Positions 29,263 to 35,481 of a DNA stretch of 35,481 nt are shown in pieces. This DNA is from Vulcanimicrobiota bacterium (lineage in GTDB: Bacteria; Vulcanimicrobiota; Vulcanimicrobiia; Vulcanimicrobiales; Vulcanimicrobiaceae), in contig PLCF01000043.1 in the NCBI GenBank assembly GCA_003135555.1, positions 1-35,481 of the forward strand, written 5' to 3'. Below the pieces are notes generated by a model, which saw only the letters and a program-made list of their open reading frames with translations, did not search any database and had not been told where the DNA came from. Both the position numbers and the translations under genes were made by a program. Positions within the stretch are counted from its first letter, which is position 1. Each line of letters opens with the position of its first letter.

Positions 29263-32200
29263 ATGCGTTTGCGCCTTCGGATCACCGTCGTCGTCGTGCT
29301 GTGCCTGTCGCTGGTCGCCCCGCTGCCCGCGGGCATGGCACCCTCCGAGGCCCGCGGGGCAGCGAGGCTTCAACCGGTGGCGATCGCGCTCGCCGCTCCG
29401 CCCGTCCGAGTGCACGTCCCGGAGCCCCCACACGCGCGAGCGTCAATGGTGCCGGCAAGTGCGACGCGTCCGAAGGTCGTCCCCGCCGTTCGACCGCCCA
29501 CCGGTTTGCACGTCGCCGGTCCGCCGATGGCGCGGCCCACCGAGATCGACGGCATTATCAAGGCGGCAGCCCACCGACGCGCATTGGTGCCCGCGGAGAT
29601 CACCGTGAAGCCTGCGGGCAGCGTGCGGCGTGCTGCACCGGGTGCCGCCGCACAGCCGGGCACGCGCCACGCGCAGTCGCTCCCGGGTGATTCCACCGCC
29701 TCGGGAACCGGGATCAATCCGTGGTGGCGCTATCAAGAACAAAGCGTCCCCGGCGGCGGTCGCATAATGGTCAATGTCGGAACCGGCAACCTGTTGCTGC
29801 AAGACGACGACATGTCGGTTCCCCACAAGGGTATCGCCATGGCCTTTCGGCGCACGTACAACTCGCAGAGCGCCGCGAGCGTTCCTCACCAGTTCGGAAG
29901 CTGGACAAGCCTGTACGGAAACGGCTGGACCAACACGGCCGACGCGCACTTTCTCTCGATGTCGTCCACCGTGAAATCGATCTACGACATCGACGGCGCG
30001 CGTTACGACTACTATTCGCCACCCGGAAACCCGGCCGGAACCCCGTTGACCCCACTCACGGCCGGGCAGCACGCCACCCTCGTTTTCGATGGGTCGTGCG
30101 GCTGGCTCTGGACCAAAAAGTCCGGAACCTCGTACTACTTCTACGGCGGCAACCCCACGCTGTGGTGTCCATGGCTCGGCACCGTCGGCGGTTATGCCGG
30201 GCGCCTCTACCAAATCATAGGTCGCAACCGTAATACATATCTGACGTTCAACTACACATGGGACAACGGCGACGCGTCTTCCACCGGGAAGATCAACACA
30301 ATCTCCGCGACAACCGAATCCGGGCTCAATGCGACCCTGGCGTTTGCCGACGTCAACGGACGACGGCTGCTCCAAACGCTCACCTACCCCGACGTAGCGA
30401 CGACAGTCCAGTATGCCTATGATGCCAACGGAAACCTCACCACCGTCTCGCACCCGCCCAATAACGCCGCCGGAACGCGACCGATCCAGTACTTCGGCTA
30501 CCAGACCGTGGGAGCGGACTCGGTGCTGCTGTGGGCTTCGAGCCCCCGTTGGGACGCGGGCCCGTGCTGCATCGACGGCGCATACCTCTATTTCGGCTTC
30601 GCGGGCACAAGCGCAGCTACATCGACGGTCTACTACATCATCCACGAAGGCTTCGCCAACCCAACGATCCCTGATGGCGTGAGCGCCGGCGCAATCCAGC
30701 CGGCATTCGCGAGCGGATACACGAATTTCCTAACCGAGTACTACGGGACCGGCGTCACAACGCCGACGTTCCGCGACACGGACGGCCACTACACCAACTG
30801 GGTCGTCGACGGTTTGGGCCGTCCGACGCAGACGCAAGAATGTACAGCAACTACCGGGACTTGGACGTGCACGGGGACGTATCTCACCACAAACGAGACC
30901 TGGGACGCCAACAACAATCTTACGTCGGAAATGGATCCCCGCGGATATCAGGCCGACTACGCCTACGATGCAATGGGCAACGCGGTTGCCGTGGCACAGC
31001 CGATGGTCACGGTCTCGCAGGGAACCTTTCGTCCCACCTCACTGTTTTCGTACGATTCGTTCAACAACATCACAGCATACTGCGACCCCGACGCGACCCA
31101 CGCTCTGTCAAGTGACTGGACAAGCCCTCCGAGCGGTGACTCGTTGTGCCCGATCACGAGTTTACTTGCGGCACGCTTCATCTGGAGCACTGACCCTACG
31201 CAAAGCGGTAATGCTTCGGCAAGCCCCTCGTATGAGCCGTTCGGCGAGCTCCTAGCCAAGATCGAACCGGGAACGCCCGCGGCCCCGGCCGGGTACCGCG
31301 TCAACTACACCTACGACCCGTCGCGCCAAGGTGGGACAGACTACGGTTTGCCGACGACCGTCGCGGCGGCTGCATCGATCAGCCAGGCTGACGGCACCCA
31401 GCGTCAGCCGTCCCAGAACTTTTGGTATGACAACAACGGCTGGCTGGGGTGTTACAACAAGGGCTCCGGGTTGTGGGTGCTCGGCTACGATGTCCTTGGC
31501 CGCGTTACAACGACCGCAGACCCAGACGATAGCACGAACAACGGCATCTGCAACAAGACGAGTGGGATGACGGGCTGGAACACCGCTTCGACGATAGCCC
31601 GCTTCCCGGACGGCAGCGTTTCGTCAATGCAGTCCCCATCCCAACGCGCCGCGGGCATCAGCAGCACGCTCACCTACGATTTGGACGGGAACGTGAGCAC
31701 CGAAACGCATCATTTCGGCTGCACGTCGGTTTCGTCATGCACGGCCGGCGTCACGAGCAAGTGGTATGACGGCGCAGACCGGCTCGTGGAAGTATCGCTT
31801 CCCTACGACGCATACGACATTCAGGGCTATCCGATGCTGACGCGGTACGTTTACGACCTGAGTCAAAGCGGGACGACGCCATACCAGGGCCTTGGACTTC
31901 GAGGCTACGGCAATCTCGTCAAGACGCAGGAATTTCTCTCCGGCACCGTCATCACTCCGTTTACGTACCAAACGGCCTCAACGTTTGGTCAGCTTCCGCC
32001 TTCAACGGGCACTTGGACCGACATTCGTGCGACGTCGTTCGACGGACTCGATCGGGCCCTATCGGCATATGAAGCAGCCTTTGCTAGTCAGCCCAAGATT
32101 GCAAACTCGTACGACGGCGCACCGCCCGGCGGCGGAGCAGCTCAACTGGGCCTGCTATCCTCCGTCGCGCTGGCGACAAACGAGACTAAGCAATACACCT

Positions 32201-34332
32201 ATGACCCGCTTGGACATTTGACCGACACATCGTACTTGAACGACAATGGCGCCACGTCGCCGGCTCACGTGCGCTACGACGCGAGCGGTCGAGTCGTCTC
32301 TCGCGGCACGGATGCCTTGGGCAATGAGATACTACAGTATGACGCCGCCGGTGAACTAACGACCGCCGCGAAACCCCCGTCGCTTGGAAGTGCGACGATT
32401 GGGTACGACTACTACAGCGACGGAGCACGCAGGGACCTGAACTTCTCGTCTCCGGTGTACACAGCTGCGCTGCTCTATCAGTATTCATATCGATCCGATG
32501 GACATCGATCATCGCTGACGCTCAACAATGGCACAGGATTCACGTGGGCCTATACGCCCGCAGGACGGCTTCAGGTCCAGACTGATCCGCTCACAGGCAG
32601 GGCGATCTCTCCTGACAACTACTTCACCAGGGGGAAGTCGCTTACGCAATGGCCGTACTATCCGTCGTCGGTGACGTATGTTCCGGAGACCTACTCGTTC
32701 GACAGCTACGGCCGAGCGACTGGTGTGACGCTTCCTGCTGGAGTGTTTTCTCAAAGCGTGAGCGGATTCGATCTGGACGACGGCGTCACAGGGTTGAGTG
32801 CCCTTAGCGTGCAGGCACCGACCAATGTGACCATGGTAACGTGCGCGACCTCCAATGTGCGCAACGAGAAGCTGCCCACCTATAGGGGTTCCTGCGCGGG
32901 GCGTTTCTACAACGGGGCAACCTTTGCACTCCAGCAGACTGGCCTAGGCCTCACGCCGTGGACGATCGACGCGCGTGCTGGCATGCTGAAGAGTTGGGTT
33001 GGGCCGATGGGCCCGACCGACGTTAGCTCCGGCCAATTCGCGTATGACGCTTCCGGTCGTCTGACGGCAGACACCGAACAGCTCAACCGGGCGTGGCGCA
33101 GCGGTGACCCATCGATGCCGGGCAACGTCGTCTATTCTACCGGGACGCGCACGAAGAGCTACGATGCGGAAAATCGCTTACGCTCACAGCAAACGTCGCC
33201 TGCGGCACCTCCGACAATCCCGTCGTGGGGGGAGAGCATACTGGGTGGATATTGGAACGACGAAAGCCAGCCGTCTGGAGACGAAATTCAGGCTGTCGAC
33301 TACGCTGCGGACAGTCACCCCGCGCGGTTTGCAATCACACAGACACCCGACGCCGGGACGTCAGCGACGCCCGGGGCGCTGTTCTGGCTCTGGGATGGAA
33401 GCGACCTGCTGGCACAGTGCGGCTATTGGTCCCCGCAGGCACAATGCGCGACGTACGGCTTTTCAGTGGAAGGCCTTGCCAACTACACTCCGTCGAATGG
33501 CTACACCTCCGTGCAAGATCGGGATCTCTCAGGCCAAGTCGTCGCAAGCCATGATGCGATGAGCTTCTCGGGGATGAAGCCCATCGGTCGCAATTCGCGA
33601 ACGTATTTTTATCCCGGGCTCTGGGCATCTGCAGCGCCGAACAGCGCGTCGCCCGAAACTGCCGGAGGACTGCCAGGACCGGCGACGATCTTAGCCGGCA
33701 GCAAGATTGCAATCGATGGGTGGACTTTCGACAACAATACGTGGCAAGGCGTCCGCACGTACGATGCATCGGTTGGCCAATGGAACACCCCCGACGCCTT
33801 CGCTGGCAACGTCCACGACCCCATGAGCCAGAAGCCCTATATGTGGAATCGGAACAATCCGTATGCGTACAGCGACCCGAGCGGGTTCGCCTATGAACCG
33901 GCTTGCGACGCAGTGTGCTCCGAACGCGGAAGTAGGCTGGGGGCCCTCATCTGGAACTTCCTTTTTGGTGACGATATCAAGACAGTGATGTCTGCAGGAG
34001 CGCCCATAGGTGCGCGGGCGCTTGCTGCCGCAAGCTTAGCGTCGACAGTCGTAGACGCGCCAGTTAAGGGGATTTTCAAAGGGCTCGGAATCGCTGAAAA
34101 GGCATTCGCTGGGTTCACCGAACACGGAGCAGCGCAATTTCTGGCTCGCGACGGAGGGAGGGGAGTTTCGACCGACGCACTTCGCGACGCGCTCACCCAT
34201 CCGCTTTCCACGAAGCTGCAGGACAAGGGCACAATAATGGTTACCGGAAGAGATGCGGTTGTGATACTCAACAAAGACGGAGCAGTCGTTACTACGTGGG
34301 CGACGAGCAATCGGGGCATCCGTAAGAAATAG
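29263..34332 (+). CDS. Rhs/YD-repeat polymorphic toxin with predicted Sec signal, DUF6531-like domain and C-terminal putative RNase
   Basis: hydrophobic N-terminus; VNVGTGNL...AFRRTYNS; many YDxxGxL repeats; RTYDASVGQW...NPYAYSDPSG core end (DPSG at 33874-33885); GGGAG RBS 8 nt before ATG 29263. Confidence 0.93.
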   Translation: MRLRLRITVVVVLCLSLVAPLPAGMAPSEARGAARLQPVAIALAAPPVRVHVPEPPHARASMVPASATRPKVVPAVRPPTGLHVAGPPMARPTEIDGIIKAAAHRRALVPAEITVKPAGSVRRAAPGAAAQPGTRHAQSLPGDSTASGTGINPWWRYQEQSVPGGGRIMVNVGTGNLLLQDDDMSVPHKGIAMAFRRTYNSQSAASVPHQFGSWTSLYGNGWTNTADAHFLSMSSTVKSIYDIDGARYDYYSPPGNPAGTPLTPLTAGQHATLVFDGSCGWLWTKKSGTSYYFYGGNPTLWCPWLGTVGGYAGRLYQIIGRNRNTYLTFNYTWDNGDASSTGKINTISATTESGLNATLAFADVNGRRLLQTLTYPDVATTVQYAYDANGNLTTVSHPPNNAAGTRPIQYFGYQTVGADSVLLWASSPRWDAGPCCIDGAYLYFGFAGTSAATSTVYYIIHEGFANPTIPDGVSAGAIQPAFASGYTNFLTEYYGTGVTTPTFRDTDGHYTNWVVDGLGRPTQTQECTATTGTWTCTGTYLTTNETWDANNNLTSEMDPRGYQADYAYDAMGNAVAVAQPMVTVSQGTFRPTSLFSYDSFNNITAYCDPDATHALSSDWTSPPSGDSLCPITSLLAARFIWSTDPTQSGNASASPSYEPFGELLAKIEPGTPAAPAGYRVNYTYDPSRQGGTDYGLPTTVAAAASISQADGTQRQPSQNFWYDNNGWLGCYNKGSGLWVLGYDVLGRVTTTADPDDSTNNGICNKTSGMTGWNTASTIARFPDGSVSSMQSPSQRAAGISSTLTYDLDGNVSTETHHFGCTSVSSCTAGVTSKWYDGADRLVEVSLPYDAYDIQGYPMLTRYVYDLSQSGTTPYQGLGLRGYGNLVKTQEFLSGTVITPFTYQTASTFGQLPPSTGTWTDIRATSFDGLDRALSAYEAAFASQPKIANSYDGAPPGGGAAQLGLLSSVALATNETKQYTYDPLGHLTDTSYLNDNGATSPAHVRYDASGRVVSRGTDALGNEILQYDAAGELTTAAKPPSLGSATIGYDYYSDGARRDLNFSSPVYTAALLYQYSYRSDGHRSSLTLNNGTGFTWAYTPAGRLQVQTDPLTGRAISPDNYFTRGKSLTQWPYYPSSVTYVPETYSFDSYGRATGVTLPAGVFSQSVSGFDLDDGVTGLSALSVQAPTNVTMVTCATSNVRNEKLPTYRGSCAGRFYNGATFALQQTGLGLTPWTIDARAGMLKSWVGPMGPTDVSSGQFAYDASGRLTADTEQLNRAWRSGDPSMPGNVVYSTGTRTKSYDAENRLRSQQTSPAAPPTIPSWGESILGGYWNDESQPSGDEIQAVDYAADSHPARFAITQTPDAGTSATPGALFWLWDGSDLLAQCGYWSPQAQCATYGFSVEGLANYTPSNGYTSVQDRDLSGQVVASHDAMSFSGMKPIGRNSRTYFYPGLWASAAPNSASPETAGGLPGPATILAGSKIAIDGWTFDNNTWQGVRTYDASVGQWNTPDAFAGNVHDPMSQKPYMWNRNNPYAYSDPSGFAYEPACDAVCSERGSRLGALIWNFLFGDDIKTVMSAGAPIGARALAAASLASTVVDAPVKGIFKGLGIAEKAFAGFTEHGAAQFLARDGGRGVSTDALRDALTHPLSTKLQDKGTIMVTGRDAVVILNKDGAVVTTWATSNRGIRKK

Positions 34333-34361
34333 ACTGACGGACGCGACGGAAGGAGATTTCG

Positions 34362-34592
34362 ATGCTGTCAGCCGCGCAGCGGCGCCTTCTTAAGGAAGCG
34401 GTCGAACAATATTCGCCCACGCTGATCGATTTAGCGTCTTGTGATGTCTTGGCGTTGCCACTTGAGCAAAGAAACCAGCTGCGCTCGGCGCTTGGCGACT
34501 ACCTGAGTGCCAAAGGCTTCGATAAGAACTGGAATCCGACGTCGGTCGGACGCGCCATCGAGGAGCTGATCGACGCCTTGGGACCTAGATAG
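34362..34592 (+). CDS. putative cognate immunity protein (76 aa)
   Basis: strong RBS GGAAGGAG; starts ~30 nt after the toxin stop; small helical protein ending GFDKNWNPTSVGRAIEELIDAL. Confidence 0.75.
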   Translation: MLSAAQRRLLKEAVEQYSPTLIDLASCDVLALPLEQRNQLRSALGDYLSAKGFDKNWNPTSVGRAIEELIDALGPR

Positions 34593-35056
34593 CGTTCAAC
34601 GGTGTAACGTCATGGGCTCCGTGACATCGGAAAAGTCGCGAGCGCGTCTGGCGCACCAGGGCAACGCCGACCAGCATTTGCGTTCGGTCGCTGTATTCCG
34701 CGGGAACGTCCACGTGTGGTCGTAGGCGGCGACCGGGCACCCACCAACCTCGGGTCCATTTGCTGAACTCGGACGTCCCGGCCCTAGCCTACCGGGACCG
34801 TCTGGCTCGAAGCTTCGCAATGCGATCCCGCATCCGATCGAGGTCGTGCTCCAAGGCATCGAGTTCAGCATCGGCTCGGGGCTCGGCAAACGCAGTCGAC
34901 CTGGGCAGAAAGCCGGCCTTCGTTGGGCGTAGCACAACGCCTCTCGGGGGAATCGGGCTCAGCCGCTGCCCATGGTCCCAGAACTCCAAGAGACAGGATG
35001 GAATCAGAGGGGGCAAAACCGTACAAGAGAATCCAGGGCCGGTCGCTCTTGGGGTT

Positions 35057-35077
35057 TGTGGGCCAACGGTGGGCCAC
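35057..35077 (+). repeat. tandem GTGGGCCA repeats (candidate integrase arm sites; third copy at 26269-26276)
   Basis: copies at 35058-35065 and 35069-35076 (11-bp period) and at 26269-26276, all inside the island ends. Confidence 0.55.
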
Positions 35078-35131
35078 AGGGCCGAGTGACACCAAGGCGA
35101 GTAGGCGGGGAAAGCCCGCTAGATCAACGTT

Positions 35132-35207
35132 GCCGACGTAGCTCAGTTGGTAGAGCAGCTGTTTCGTAAATAGCAGGTCGCCGGTTCGAGTCCGGCCGTC
35201 GGCTCCA
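35132..35207 (+). tRNA. tRNA-Thr(CGT)
   Basis: 76-nt cloverleaf: GCCGACG/CGTCGGC acceptor stem, GCTGT-TTCGTAA-ATAGC anticodon arm, GGTTCGAGTCC T arm, encoded CCA. Confidence 0.97.
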
Positions 35208-35481
35208 GAGGTTTCCTCGTGAATTGAGCCTCCGCTGCAGAGCCGGACCTATAAGAGTCGGTGCCGCGGTCGGAGGTTCAATCCAGTCACGCTGGCGATG
35301 CGCGTCGGCGACGTCGATATCGACGACGGTCTTGCGGTCACGCGGAAGGTTCCCGACGCGAAAGGACGTTACCGGCCTCCTCGAGCCCTGAGCGGATCGC
35401 TTCCGGCGTCGGGGGACAACCGTGGACGAAGATGGTCGCGCCCAGCTCGACTCCGGCACCCGCACCCGCTTCGGGCGCACC

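Larger units (their letters stand above)
26108..35169. mobile_element. ~9 kb integrase-less genomic island at tRNA-Thr(CGT) carrying secretin, Rhs toxin and immunity genes
   Basis: 43-bp terminal direct repeats; GTGGGCCA repeats inside both ends; more A/T-ending codons in rhs than in host genes. Confidence 0.8.

Noticed and set aside
26151..35126. Complete T2SS/T4P/T6SS locus or filamentous prophage
   Set aside because: No ATPase, pilin, platform, VgrG/PAAR, Zot/pI, Rep or coat genes were recognised within the island.
35124..35480. 118-aa minus-strand ORF and other ORFs crossing the tRNA copies
   Set aside because: They read through the tRNA antisense strand (WSRRPDSNRRP is a typical artefact); 35208-35481 could not be assigned.

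Overview
GC-rich bacterial chromosome window; the gene mix suggests a diderm soil Terrabacteria lineage such as Eremiobacterota (low-certainty inference). Positions 1-25.7 kb are mostly amino-acid and sulfur metabolism: metY-metX-hydrolase, hom, trpS, ilvC-ilvB-(ilvM-like)-leuA-leuC-leuD-leuB and ssuACB, plus a GGDEF cyclase, a DMFase-family protein, lipoproteins, an S53 peptidase, a STAS protein and an AadA-like nucleotidyltransferase. Four operons are each preceded by a 24-26 codon leader peptide that the ORF track does not call (Met/Cys, Thr/Ile, Leu/Val/Ile, Cys/Met). Each leader has a sigma70-type promoter just upstream, an antiterminator and an intrinsic terminator whose 5' arm contains CCCTCGCC. 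This looks like a uniform ribosome-mediated attenuation network, including an unusual Met-sensing leader. Positions 26.1-35.2 kb form a ~9 kb island bounded by a 43-bp direct repeat of the 5' half of tRNA-Thr(CGT), with candidate arm sites but no integrase. Its cargo is a stand-alone secretin transcribed divergently, from an overlapping bidirectional promoter, from a Cys-rich Rhs toxin with a predicted Sec signal and its putative immunity gene. This is a candidate secretin-dependent Rhs export system. All calls were made by eye from motifs; no database searches were run.
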